Source: Gammaproteobacteria bacterium
Lineage (GTDB): Bacteria; Pseudomonadota; Gammaproteobacteria; Eutrophobiales; Eutrophobiaceae
NCBI GenBank assembly: GCA_004297165.1
Contig: SCUJ01000006.1
Location: 1,648,045-1,712,044, forward strand
Direction: 5' to 3'
Length of the DNA: 64,000 nt
Shown here piece after piece: positions 48,272 through 57,802 of the stretch (within the stretch, counting starts at the first letter, position 1; each line of letters begins with the position of its first letter). The notes under the pieces are model-generated. The model had not been told where the DNA came from, did not search any database, and was given only the letters and a program-made list of their open reading frames with translations. The position numbers were made by a program, and so were the translations under genes.

Positions 48272-48643
48272 ATGAACAGCGAAACCATGAACGAAGCGGC
48301 GAAATCCGGCGAAATGAAGAACAATCTCACCTCCCCCGAACATTGGCAGCGGCTGGTCTTCATGCTGCTCTTCGCGATCATGCTGCATGTCGCGAGCATC
48401 GCCATGTGGGTGCTGGTGGCCCTCCAATTCATCTTCACCCTGCTGACCGGCAAGGACAACCGCAACCTGCGCGACCTGGGCAAATCCATGACCCTGTTTA
48501 TCAGCCAGGCGCTGGACTACCTCACCTTCAATACGGAAACGAAGCCCTTTCCCTTCGCCGACTGGCCGCGAGCCGCAAGCGCCGACGCCCAGAATCAGGC
48601 CATGACCGCGCCTGCCGAAACCAAACCCGAAGAGCATTCATAA
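48272..48643 (+). CDS. DUF4389-like small membrane protein
   Basis: RBS gaggag then ATG; two TM helices; immediately upstream of LiaF-like gene. Confidence 0.5.
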   Translation: MNSETMNEAAKSGEMKNNLTSPEHWQRLVFMLLFAIMLHVASIAMWVLVALQFIFTLLTGKDNRNLRDLGKSMTLFISQALDYLTFNTETKPFPFADWPRAASADAQNQAMTAPAETKPEEHS

Positions 48644-48658
48644 CCCGGACGCTGCGTC

Positions 48659-49354
48659 ATGGCTAAACTGAAAGAACTGTTGCATCCGCGCTCCATGGTC
48701 GGGCTGGTCATCATCCTCATCGCGCTCGTTGTCTTTTTCGATGTGCTGGGCATCAACATCTTCAACAAGATCCTCAGCAATTGGCCGCTGGGACTCATGA
48801 TCATCGGCATCGCCATGCTCTATGGCCCGGAAAAACCCGCGAACCGGACGCTGCCCTATATCCTGATCGTCGTCGGCGCGCTCTTCTTTCTGGGACAGCT
48901 CCACTGGTTTAACTTTCGCATGGGCCGGTTGATCTTCCCGCTGATCCTGCTGGCCATCGGCGTTTATATCCTCATGCCGCAATTTGGCCGCGCGGGGCCG
49001 GGAGCGTTTCCGGAAAACCGGATCTCCATCTTCACGGTGCTGGGCGGCGGCGAATACAACACCCGCTCTGCGAATCTCACCGGCGGCCATATCGTCTCCA
49101 TCCTTGGCGGCGCCGACGTGGATATCCGCGATGCGGATATCGAGGGCGAGAGTATGGAAATCAACATCCTCGCCCTGATGGGCGGCGTCGAGATCCGCGT
49201 GCCCCTGCACTGGCAGGTGAGCATGCGCGCGGTGCCGTTCCTGGGCGGGGTCTCCAACCAGACCACCTTCCTCGCGGATAAATTGCAAATGCCGAAAAAG
49301 ACCCTGGTCATCCGCGGCCTTGCGCTGATGGGCGGGATCGACGTCCGTAACTGA
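48659..49354 (+). CDS. LiaF-like (cell-wall-active-antibiotic response, DUF2154) membrane protein
   Basis: N-terminal TM segments followed by beta-rich repeat domain (…GGADVDIRDADIEG…MGGVEIRVP…MGGIDVR). Confidence 0.6.
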   Translation: MAKLKELLHPRSMVGLVIILIALVVFFDVLGINIFNKILSNWPLGLMIIGIAMLYGPEKPANRTLPYILIVVGALFFLGQLHWFNFRMGRLIFPLILLAIGVYILMPQFGRAGPGAFPENRISIFTVLGGGEYNTRSANLTGGHIVSILGGADVDIRDADIEGESMEINILALMGGVEIRVPLHWQVSMRAVPFLGGVSNQTTFLADKLQMPKKTLVIRGLALMGGIDVRN

Positions 49355-50421
49355 TGCACCCGCTCTTCACGCAGGGCAGATATCTGCTGGCGGGGGCGGC
49401 CTTGTGGCTGGTCCTGTCCGGGCTGGCCAGTCATCTCCTCTACCGTATGCAGGAGATCGGGCTGCATGTCGCGATTGCGCTCTATTTCCCGCTGTTGTTC
49501 CTGTTCTTCTTTTTCTGCCTCGCCAATTACTACGTGTGTTTGGAATTCCCGATCCGCCGAACCCCCTTCCTGCGACTGATTGCGACACAGGTCGTCGCCA
49601 ATGGCGCAACCGTGGCGCTGTGGCTGCTGGCCGGGTATCTCCATGTCTGGTTTCTCAACCGCATCTACCCGGACCATTGGTTCAAACTCTACCAGGATTC
49701 GCTCGCGAGCCTCGGCGGGATTGGCGCCCTGCTCTACTGCTTCTGGATCCTGGCCCATTACATCTTTCTCATGGCGCGCCAGCACGAGGCCATCGAGCGC
49801 GAGGCCCTGCAAAAGCGACTGCTGATCAGCGAGACCGAACTGCAAGCGGTCAAGACCGCCGTCCATCCGCATTTTCTTTATAACAGTCTGAACACTGTAG
49901 CCAATCTGGCTTTGGTGGAACCGGGGAAGATCCACAACCTCTGCCTGCAGATCTCGGATTTCCTGCGTTACAGCGTAAGTTATGGCCGGAAGGCCATGGC
50001 GACCGTCGGCGACGAACTCGCGCACATCCAGAATTATCTCGGGATCGAGCGGGAACGCTTCGGCAAGCGTCTCCAGGTCCAGTTCGAGATCGACGAGACC
50101 GCACGCCAGGAACCCTTGCCGCCGTTGCTGCTTTTCCCCCTGGTCGAAAACAGCATCAAACACGGCATCGACAGTCTGCTGGAGGGTGGAACCGTCACCA
50201 TCCGGATTCATTATGCGGGCGATGACCTCTGCATCGACGTCGATAATCCCTATGATGAACTGGGCATGAAACAAAACGGCGCCGGCATTGGCCTCGAGGC
50301 CGTCATTAAAAGAGTGCAGGCGCAATACGGTCGACAGGGTCAGGTCACGAGCGAACGCGGCAACGGCCGGTTCCGCATCGAACTCCGGCTGCCCCGGCAA
50401 CGCGCCCTGCCGGCTCCATGA
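49354..50421 (+). CDS. Sensor histidine kinase, LytS/YehU (His_kinase PF06580) type
   Basis: Multi-TM N-terminus; HPHFLYNSLNTV H-box; start overlaps upstream stop; stop overlaps regulator start. Confidence 0.85.
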   Translation: MHPLFTQGRYLLAGAALWLVLSGLASHLLYRMQEIGLHVAIALYFPLLFLFFFFCLANYYVCLEFPIRRTPFLRLIATQVVANGATVALWLLAGYLHVWFLNRIYPDHWFKLYQDSLASLGGIGALLYCFWILAHYIFLMARQHEAIEREALQKRLLISETELQAVKTAVHPHFLYNSLNTVANLALVEPGKIHNLCLQISDFLRYSVSYGRKAMATVGDELAHIQNYLGIERERFGKRLQVQFEIDETARQEPLPPLLLFPLVENSIKHGIDSLLEGGTVTIRIHYAGDDLCIDVDNPYDELGMKQNGAGIGLEAVIKRVQAQYGRQGQVTSERGNGRFRIELRLPRQRALPAP

Positions 50422-51170
50422 CCATCTCGGCCATCGTCGTCGATGATGAGCAGCATGCCCGGCAGGGGTTGATCGCCGCCCTGCGCGTGCATCCTGGAAT
50501 TACGATCATTGCCGAATGCGGGAACGGCCAGGAGGCCGTACAGGCGGTCCATGTATTACGTCCCGATCTGATGTTCCTCGACATACAGATGCCGAGGCTG
50601 GATGGGTTCGATGTCCTGGAACTCCTCGGCCGCGAGACCCCGGTCGTCGTCTTCGTAACGGCCCATGATGAATACGCCATCCGGGCCTTCGACAGCAACG
50701 CGCTGGATTACCTGCTGAAACCCATCAATCCGGCGCGGCTCGCCCGGACAGTCGATCGGATCGAACAGCGATTGCAGCAGGACGAAAGAGATCGTTATGT
50801 GGGGATCACAACCGGGCGGCAGGAGTTACAGGCGCCCTTGCGGCGGATCCTGGTGCGGGATGGAGGCGATGTCCATGTCATCCCGACAGACGAGGTGATC
50901 TATTTCGAGGCCGCTGACGATTATGTCGCGATCCACCTGCCGGACCGTACTCTGATCAAGCAGGACCGTCTGCAACGCCTGGCGGATCTCGTCGATCCGG
51001 GCTGTTTCTGCCGCGTCCATCGCGGCTATCTCATCAATCTCTCCCAGCTAAAGGGGATCGAGTCGGAAACGAAGGATCAGCGGGTTGCGGTTCTCAAAAC
51101 GGGACAGCGGCTCCCCATCAGCCGCAGTGGGTATAATCGTTTGAGATCCGCACTCCAATCCTCCAGATAA
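50418..51170 (+). CDS. LytTR-family two-component response regulator (AlgR/LytR-like)
   Basis: REC domain (VVDDEQ…LDIQMP) plus C-terminal LytTR DNA-binding domain. Confidence 0.9.
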   Translation: MTISAIVVDDEQHARQGLIAALRVHPGITIIAECGNGQEAVQAVHVLRPDLMFLDIQMPRLDGFDVLELLGRETPVVVFVTAHDEYAIRAFDSNALDYLLKPINPARLARTVDRIEQRLQQDERDRYVGITTGRQELQAPLRRILVRDGGDVHVIPTDEVIYFEAADDYVAIHLPDRTLIKQDRLQRLADLVDPGCFCRVHRGYLINLSQLKGIESETKDQRVAVLKTGQRLPISRSGYNRLRSALQSSR

Positions 51171-51464
51171 TCACAGTATTCAAAATCAAAATACTCCCCG
51201 TAAAAAACCCGTACCTGTCGGTCTGGTTTACATCCCTATATACCTCAAAACAGGTATGAATTACCTTGAGAATCAATGAGGAAAGCTCGTAAACCTGCGT
51301 TACAAACACGACCAGTTGTCGGATTTGTTTACATGACTCAATTCGTATGTCCAATAACTCATTGAATATTCTAATATTTATATATTGGCATAATACGTGC
51401 TGGTCTTAAGATTATGGTGGTGAATATTTTTCACTTTGAAACAATTCTTAAGAGGAATTCATAC

Positions 51465-52283
51465 ATGAAGATTAAGGCCTTACTTTCCAGCGTCCTGCTT
51501 CTCTCTGGTACGGCGCAAGTGGCCCACGCCACGCTGCTCTCCGATCCAAATGACTCTCGTAGTTGGCAAGGAGCAACCGTTGGCACTTTCGCGGCACTGT
51601 ATTACGGTTCCAACACGCTTGCTACCCGAACGGCCGTTGTCACCAACAGTTTGCTGGATGACGGCGTTTTCAACCCAACCGGTTATACGGCTGGCACCAT
51701 GATGAGCACACCCTGGCTGACCGGCGGCGGTGGAGGTTGCTTGGGTATCTCCAGCGACCTTACAGGCACCGGGAGTTATGACTATTCCTGCTCCGGTAGT
51801 TCCGCCGCCACGCACGGCAACGCCATAGATAACTTGTGGTTCCAGACCAGCGGAGCCGTCGGTGAGACTGTGTTCGATCTGGGTTTCTCCGCCTCCAAGG
51901 CGGCTGTATTCAACTCCATTGACCATGGACCTCTGCCAGGTGAGGCCATTGAATCCACGGTCTACCTCTCCAACGATCTGTCGACTTGGACCGTGGCCGT
52001 AGTTGAAAGAGTCTGGCTGGAGGGCTTCATGTCCAATACGGGGATTCTTTGGGATGGCTTTACCTATGCCGTGGGCACCGGCACCAGTGCTACATTCCGC
52101 TATGCTTCAATAATCCACGGTGGATCTGGCGCGCTGGTCCATGATGGTGACAATGAAATCAATGGCATCATGGGTCTGAAGTCGGATTACACACCTGTCA
52201 GTGTTCCTGAACCTGCGAGCCTCGTCATTCTTGCCATGGGCCTCTTGGGCTTGGGATTCTCCGGACGCAACAGGAAAAAATAA
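51465..52283 (+). CDS. PEP-CTERM sorting-domain secreted protein
   Basis: Signal peptide; C-terminal VPEPASLVILAMGLLGLGFSGRNRKK (PEP motif, TM helix, basic tail). Confidence 0.8.
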   Translation: MKIKALLSSVLLLSGTAQVAHATLLSDPNDSRSWQGATVGTFAALYYGSNTLATRTAVVTNSLLDDGVFNPTGYTAGTMMSTPWLTGGGGGCLGISSDLTGTGSYDYSCSGSSAATHGNAIDNLWFQTSGAVGETVFDLGFSASKAAVFNSIDHGPLPGEAIESTVYLSNDLSTWTVAVVERVWLEGFMSNTGILWDGFTYAVGTGTSATFRYASIIHGGSGALVHDGDNEINGIMGLKSDYTPVSVPEPASLVILAMGLLGLGFSGRNRKK

Positions 52284-52388
52284 AATCATTATCATAATGA
52301 CACACTACTACGCCCTCTCCGGAGGGCGTAATAGTTTCTGTCTTCAGCGAAAATGTCTGAATAAATAGCAGAAACGCGTGATCATCGG

Positions 52389-52901
52389 TCAGGGTTTGAG
52401 CAGTGATTCGCTGAATTTGTAGCGTGTTCCAGTCTCCCGAAACTCGACATGGGCCGCGCCCGTGACACGCAGCAACTTGATCCTCCAGCCAGCGGCAGTT
52501 CTCTCAAAGGTATCCTCGTAGATACTGTAACTGGTCCCGGCGCCCTTCGGCGTCCGGTAATGCAGTATGGCGTGCCACTGACCTGTGGCGTTATCGCCAT
52601 CAATGGCGATAACCGGGTTCATGACATTGTGAATGATGAAGGGGAAGGTATCGCGAAATCCCTGCATCATTATAAGAATCGCCTCCCGTCCTTCGGCGAG
52701 CGGAAGCGTCGGGCGTCCGTCCCATACAGCGTCCTCGGTAAAGAGTTCACCGAGGATTTTCAAATCATGCGTGGTGCGATCCCACCCGCCGTCGCAGGCA
52801 TTACAGTAGCGGGACTTCAGCTCGATTATCGCGCGATAGTCTTCCATTTCCAGCAGACGTCCCTGCATATCCGCCTCCTCCATCCCAGAAACCACTGTCA
52901 T
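52389..52901 (-). CDS. Nuclear transport factor 2 (SnoaL-like) family protein
   Basis: 170 aa; SnoaL/NTF2-like fold pattern. Confidence 0.55.
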   Translation of the reverse strand: MTVVSGMEEADMQGRLLEMEDYRAIIELKSRYCNACDGGWDRTTHDLKILGELFTEDAVWDGRPTLPLAEGREAILIMMQGFRDTFPFIIHNVMNPVIAIDGDNATGQWHAILHYRTPKGAGTSYSIYEDTFERTAAGWRIKLLRVTGAAHVEFRETGTRYKFSESLLKP

Positions 52902-53929
52902 CAGCCTCGTCGTCGGATTTTCTTGTCCGTTCCATCCGGCTGATCGCGCGGGGGATTGATGCTGCTGCCTGGGGGGACAAGCGTATCGATGCGATCCAGG
53001 ACACTGGCTTCGAGCCGCAGGTCCCCAGCCGGTAACAGACCTTCCAGATGCGCCATGGTTCGCGGGCCGATGATGGCGGAGGTGACAGCGGGGTGTTCAA
53101 GGACGAAGGCCACCGCGAGTTGCGCCAGGGTTATCCCGGCGGCGTCCGCCAGTTTGCCAAGCTCCGCGGCCAGATGCAGCTTGCGTTGATAGAGCTCCGC
53201 CTCCGGGTCGAAACCGCCATAGAAACGCTGCGCGAAACGGCTGATGCGATTATCCGTTTTAAGATCGGCGATCAGTTTGTACTTGCCGCTCAGGAATCCG
53301 CCGTCCAGCGGGCTGAAGGTGATCACCCCCATGCCATAGCGCTGGCAGGCCGGCAGAACGAAGCGCTCGATGTCGCGGGAGAAGATGGAATACCAGGGCT
53401 GTTCGCAACGAAACCGCAAGAAACCACGCCGTTCTGCGAGCCAGTGGGATTCGACGATGCGATCAGGGGGAAACATCGATGAACCGAAATGGCGGATCTT
53501 GCCCTGGCGCACCAGCTCCGTCAGGGTAAACAGGATCTCTTCGAGATCAGTCTGTTCATCGTAACGGTGGATCTGATAAAGGTCGATGTAATCGGTGCCG
53601 AGGCGTTGCATGCTGTTCTCCACCTCCCGGACAATCCATTTCCGGGAGCCGCCATGTTCGTTCGCGCCCTCGCCCATGGGGAAGAAAAACTTGGTCGCGA
53701 GCACTGCCTTTTCACGCCGTCCCGCAAGCGCCTTGCCAACTATGCGCTCCGATTCCCCCGCAGAGTAGACATCCGCGGTGTCGATGAAATTGATGCCCGA
53801 ATCCAATGCCTTGTGAATGATGCGAACACAATCCTCGTGATCCGGATTACCGATGGCACCGAACATCATACTGCCGAGACACAGCCGGCTGACCTGTATG
53901 CCGGTACCGCCCAATGTGGTTGTCTGCAT
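52901..53929 (-). CDS. Aldo/keto reductase
   Basis: 342 aa; AKR catalytic tetrad context (IDTADVYS…). Confidence 0.9.
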   Translation of the reverse strand: MQTTTLGGTGIQVSRLCLGSMMFGAIGNPDHEDCVRIIHKALDSGINFIDTADVYSAGESERIVGKALAGRREKAVLATKFFFPMGEGANEHGGSRKWIVREVENSMQRLGTDYIDLYQIHRYDEQTDLEEILFTLTELVRQGKIRHFGSSMFPPDRIVESHWLAERRGFLRFRCEQPWYSIFSRDIERFVLPACQRYGMGVITFSPLDGGFLSGKYKLIADLKTDNRISRFAQRFYGGFDPEAELYQRKLHLAAELGKLADAAGITLAQLAVAFVLEHPAVTSAIIGPRTMAHLEGLLPAGDLRLEASVLDRIDTLVPPGSSINPPRDQPDGTDKKIRRRG

Positions 53930-54100
53930 GGCTATTCTTCCCCTGTAGTTGGCGGGCGGGATTGCGTGATAAGAGTCGAATCGGACGTCGAGGTGATGCG
54001 CCTTCTGCGCATTTAACCATCACACTCTCGCACTGGCAACGACTGCGAAAAATCAGGGACCTGCTGCACGGGGGTGAGTGCGCCCCCTGCCGGGAGCATC

Positions 54101-54124
54101 AAAAAAAACCCCGCCGAAGCGGGG
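54101..54124 (-). terminator. Rho-independent terminator of PEP-CTERM gene
   Basis: ccccgc-cgaa-gcgggg hairpin, 8-nt U tract on minus strand. Confidence 0.8.
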
Positions 54125-54145
54125 TTTGTGTGGCTAATGCTGTGA

Positions 54146-54973
54146 TTACGCTTTCTTACGCCTTGCGAAACCGAAGCCTGCCAAGCCAAGGCCAAGAAGG
54201 ACCAGGGAGGCGGGTTCGGGAACGTTTTCGTCTCCGGTGATGGTCCGGCCACTCGATAACAGGCCCGAAAATCCTGTACCACCCATACCCGGTGCCGCAT
54301 CGTAAAAGTTATGGGTGAAACCGAGCGTTGCAAAGTAAGCCATGTCATAACCCTGGTGCTCCCAGCAACCGAGATCTATTGCCGGCTGGGTGAACCCATT
54401 GGCCAGACCCTCAGCCGTGACTCTCTCGCCGTCGTCGCATGTGGTACCCGAACCAAGGCCGCCGCCCACGCCAATAACGTGCGAATTGCCAAACCCACCG
54501 GTACCCACCGCAAAATCCCAAGCAGCGCTACCTGTGTAGTCTGCAATCATAATCGTACCGCCAGCCCCAAGGTATGCGAGGATGTCCGCCTCATGACCCA
54601 CCTGTTTGGTGTCTTCGATGCAACAACCGCCAGCTGCAAGGAAGTACAATGCTGAATAACCACTAAGGGGACCCATCGTGGTCATGTCCGCAAAGGTCGT
54701 GATGCTATGACTGCCCGAAGTGACCCCGCCAAAGGTTCCGGCGCCAATGACGGCAATGGGTCGCGGATCAGATCCACCAATAGCGCTGAACGCCTGGTCC
54801 CTGTAAGTTACAGCTGCCGAGTTGGGAAAGGACCCCGTTGTATGGTATCCAATCGCGTCGCTGCCTTCCAAAATGATGGTCCCCGCCCCAGCCTGACCTG
54901 CGAGCAATCCGACTGTCAGAATAAAGCCCAGTACCAACGCACTAAATGTCTTGCTACATGTCATTTTACTCAT
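54146..54973 (-). CDS. PEP-CTERM sorting-domain secreted protein
   Basis: Signal peptide; C-terminal VPEPASLVLLGLGLAGFGFARRKKA. Confidence 0.8.
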   Translation of the reverse strand: MSKMTCSKTFSALVLGFILTVGLLAGQAGAGTIILEGSDAIGYHTTGSFPNSAAVTYRDQAFSAIGGSDPRPIAVIGAGTFGGVTSGSHSITTFADMTTMGPLSGYSALYFLAAGGCCIEDTKQVGHEADILAYLGAGGTIMIADYTGSAAWDFAVGTGGFGNSHVIGVGGGLGSGTTCDDGERVTAEGLANGFTQPAIDLGCWEHQGYDMAYFATLGFTHNFYDAAPGMGGTGFSGLLSSGRTITGDENVPEPASLVLLGLGLAGFGFARRKKA

Positions 54974-55549
54974 GGTTCTGCTCCTTTATAACGTCATTAG
55001 TTACAGAATTGACAGCGATTACAGATGAAGACTGGTGATCTACTATACAATTCTTATGCCAAAATAATTTAATACAATTTAATCAATAAGTTATTATTAA
55101 CTCTCTTTATTGTGGGGTGTAAGATTTGTAAACTTATTCGACACTACTCGCTTATCATTAACTAGCCCTTTATCAATAAAATTTCATTTGAAATAGCCAG
55201 TTAACAGGGAATCTTCTGATTTAGAATTGGTGTAAATTAATTCGACAAACATCTGAAGGAATTTAAAGATAACAGACACCGTAAATATTGGGACGAGATT
55301 TCGCGCTTTAAACAAATGAACCTGTAATCGTCGTGGCGCCTGTGGGAAGGCCGCTTTTAGTGCAATGTTTACGAGTCGCAGGCTTATCTGCTGTAGAGCA
55401 AATACTAATGTGGGTTTCACCGTGTCGAGGCAGACCAAAGAAGGAACAGGAAATATCGAGGCTACCCGAAGTAATTCGATATTCGAAATCAACTATCGAT
55501 AAATAACGTTAGTACAAATTAGTGCATGTTGGCGGTGATCTTAGGCAGG

Positions 55550-56185
55550 CTACGACTGGATGCGACGACGCATACCAAGCAGGACAATGCATCCCGAGAG
55601 CAGTAGTGCTATGCCAGCGGGTTCGGGCACGTTCACGATGTTGAAAGTAAAGTCATCCATAACAAAATAGTTTCCGTCACCAACGTCTTCATCATCCGCA
55701 TCCGTACCGCCGTATGGGGTAAACAACAGCTCATCAATTCCTTCGTAGTCGAATGTGAAGAAAACCGGGGCTGTGTTATCGACAACAACTGTCGAGCTAT
55801 ATAGCGTGTTGCCCGCCGTCTTTCCGATCACATCAATACTCATATCTGTACTCCAAGCAGCCGTAAGATATGTGCCGACAAAATCGAAAAGCCCAACAGT
55901 TACGGAAACAATCGATTGCTCGGTCTCGTAGCTATTGAAAACAGCAGTTTCCCCCATCGTTCCATTGTCGTAACCCGATCCTGGCCACAAGGCATGGCCC
56001 TTAACAAGGGCGAAGTTGCTGTTCCAGACAAACCCGCCATAAGCCCCAACCGAATCGCAACAATCGATGACAGTAAGCCCCTCAAAATCCAGGACAATGG
56101 CACGCACTTCAGTTGGACCGGATATTACGAGAACGCTGAGTATTACAGCGAAGAACTTTCTGACTACTTGATAAAGCATATTCAT
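55550..56185 (-). CDS. PEP-CTERM sorting-domain secreted protein
   Basis: Signal peptide; C-terminal VPEPAGIALLLSGCIVLLGMRRR. Confidence 0.75.
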   Translation of the reverse strand: MNMLYQVVRKFFAVILSVLVISGPTEVRAIVLDFEGLTVIDCCDSVGAYGGFVWNSNFALVKGHALWPGSGYDNGTMGETAVFNSYETEQSIVSVTVGLFDFVGTYLTAAWSTDMSIDVIGKTAGNTLYSSTVVVDNTAPVFFTFDYEGIDELLFTPYGGTDADDEDVGDGNYFVMDDFTFNIVNVPEPAGIALLLSGCIVLLGMRRRIQS

Positions 56186-56384
56186 TAACTCGACCGAGCT
56201 GCAATAACTGCGCCAGAGACTGGATTATTCCAATAATTCATATAGTTAGAATTTACTCGTTCATTGGTATGCGTATGTTTGTAAAGAGATTCGACAGGCA
56301 ATATATGAATCACATAAATAAATTTCACTAATGATCAATAGGTTAGATATTTCTATCTATACGTAACGACTGTAAAAGTTTCCG

Positions 56385-57794
56385 TCAATGATCGTGTTCG
56401 TCACCGCTCGATTCATACCACGCAAGCTTCTTATTCAACTGTACCACCTCCCCGATGATAAGCATGGCCGGGGCCTTGAGCCCCGCACCCTGAACCATCT
56501 CCGCCATCGCTCCGACACTGGAAATCAACACCCGCTGGTCAGGCAGGGTCCCGCGTTCGATGATGGCCGCCGGCATCGCGAGCGACATGCCGTGCCCGAC
56601 CAGTCCTTGTGCAATCTCATTGAGTCCATGGACTCCCATATAAATCGCGAGCGTCTGACGCGGCCGCACCAGGGCCTCCCAGTCAAGATCCAGACGGCCG
56701 TCCTGCAAATGTCCGGTGACAAACAGGCAGGACTGCGCATAATCGCGGTGGGTCAGGGGGATGCCGGCATAACTCGCGCAGCCGGTGGCAGCGGTGATTC
56801 CCGGCACCACCTGGAAGGGGATCCCGGCCTCGGCCAAGCCATCGATCTCCTCGCCGCCGCGGCCGAAGATGAAGGGATCGCCGCCCTTGAGCCGCAGCAC
56901 CCGTTGCCCCTCCCGCGCCAGGCGTATCAATAAAGAATTGATCTCCTCTTGCGGCAGGGCATGCCGATCCCGCTCCTTGCCGACATAGATGCGTTCGGCG
57001 TCCCGCCGCACGAGGTCCAACACCGCAGGCGCGACCAGGCGATCATGCAGGACGACATCCGCCTGCTGCATGAGCCGCAAGGCGCGAAAGGTGAGCAGAT
57101 CCGGGTCGCCGGGCCCGGCCCCCACGAGGTACACGGCGCCACGGTTCAGGTCCTGATCGGAGTCATCGAGTAAACGCCGTGACAACAGCCGCCGGGCTTC
57201 CTCTTCCTGGCCGCCGAAGAGCAACTCGGCCACCGGTCCTTGAATAATCGTCTCCCAGAAACGCCGCCGCAAGTGCATGGCGGGGAATTTCCGCCGCGCC
57301 TGTTCGCGAAACTCCCCGAGCAGCCGCGCCAGGCGGCCGTAACCCGCGGGGATGAAGCTCTCCAGGCGCGCACGCAGCAGGCGCGCCAGCACCGGCGATT
57401 CACCCCCGGTGGAAACGGCGACGATGACCGGGGCGCGATCAATAACCGAGGGCATGATGAAGGTGCAGAGCGCAGGATCGTCCACCACATTGACGGGGAT
57501 CGATCTGTCTCTGGCTAATTCGGCGACTTCACCGTTGAGCCGTCGATCATCCGTCGCGGCAATGACCAGCGCCTGGCCATCGAGATGCACTGTCTCGAAC
57601 TCCCTAGCGAGATGACTGATCCTTTGACTGGCGGCAAGGTCTTGCAGTTGGACGCACAAGGCGCGCGCCACCACCTGCACGCGGGCATCCGCGCGCAGTA
57701 ACTGTTCAATCTTGCGCAGGGCAACCTCACCGCCACCCACAACCAGGCAGGAATGGTCCGTTAAATTCAGAAAAATGGGGAATCCGTGAGCCAT
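56385..57794 (-). CDS. cysG: Siroheme synthase (precorrin-2 dehydrogenase/ferrochelatase plus uroporphyrinogen-III C-methyltransferase)
   Basis: 469 aa; N-terminal NAD-binding VVGGGEVALRK, C-terminal SAM methyltransferase (VYLVGAGPGDPDLLT). Confidence 0.9.
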   Translation of the reverse strand: MAHGFPIFLNLTDHSCLVVGGGEVALRKIEQLLRADARVQVVARALCVQLQDLAASQRISHLAREFETVHLDGQALVIAATDDRRLNGEVAELARDRSIPVNVVDDPALCTFIMPSVIDRAPVIVAVSTGGESPVLARLLRARLESFIPAGYGRLARLLGEFREQARRKFPAMHLRRRFWETIIQGPVAELLFGGQEEEARRLLSRRLLDDSDQDLNRGAVYLVGAGPGDPDLLTFRALRLMQQADVVLHDRLVAPAVLDLVRRDAERIYVGKERDRHALPQEEINSLLIRLAREGQRVLRLKGGDPFIFGRGGEEIDGLAEAGIPFQVVPGITAATGCASYAGIPLTHRDYAQSCLFVTGHLQDGRLDLDWEALVRPRQTLAIYMGVHGLNEIAQGLVGHGMSLAMPAAIIERGTLPDQRVLISSVGAMAEMVQGAGLKAPAMLIIGEVVQLNKKLAWYESSGDEHDH

Positions 57795-57802
57795 GACAAT
57801 AC

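Noticed and set aside
48964-50400. 478 aa ORF on - strand
   Set aside because: Antisense to the LiaF-like and histidine-kinase genes. Spurious.
55184-55492. 102 aa ORF in the AT-rich spacer of the PEP-CTERM island
   Set aside because: No RBS, no recognisable domains, lies in AT-rich non-coding-looking DNA. Likely spurious, although a small RNA or promoter region cannot be excluded.
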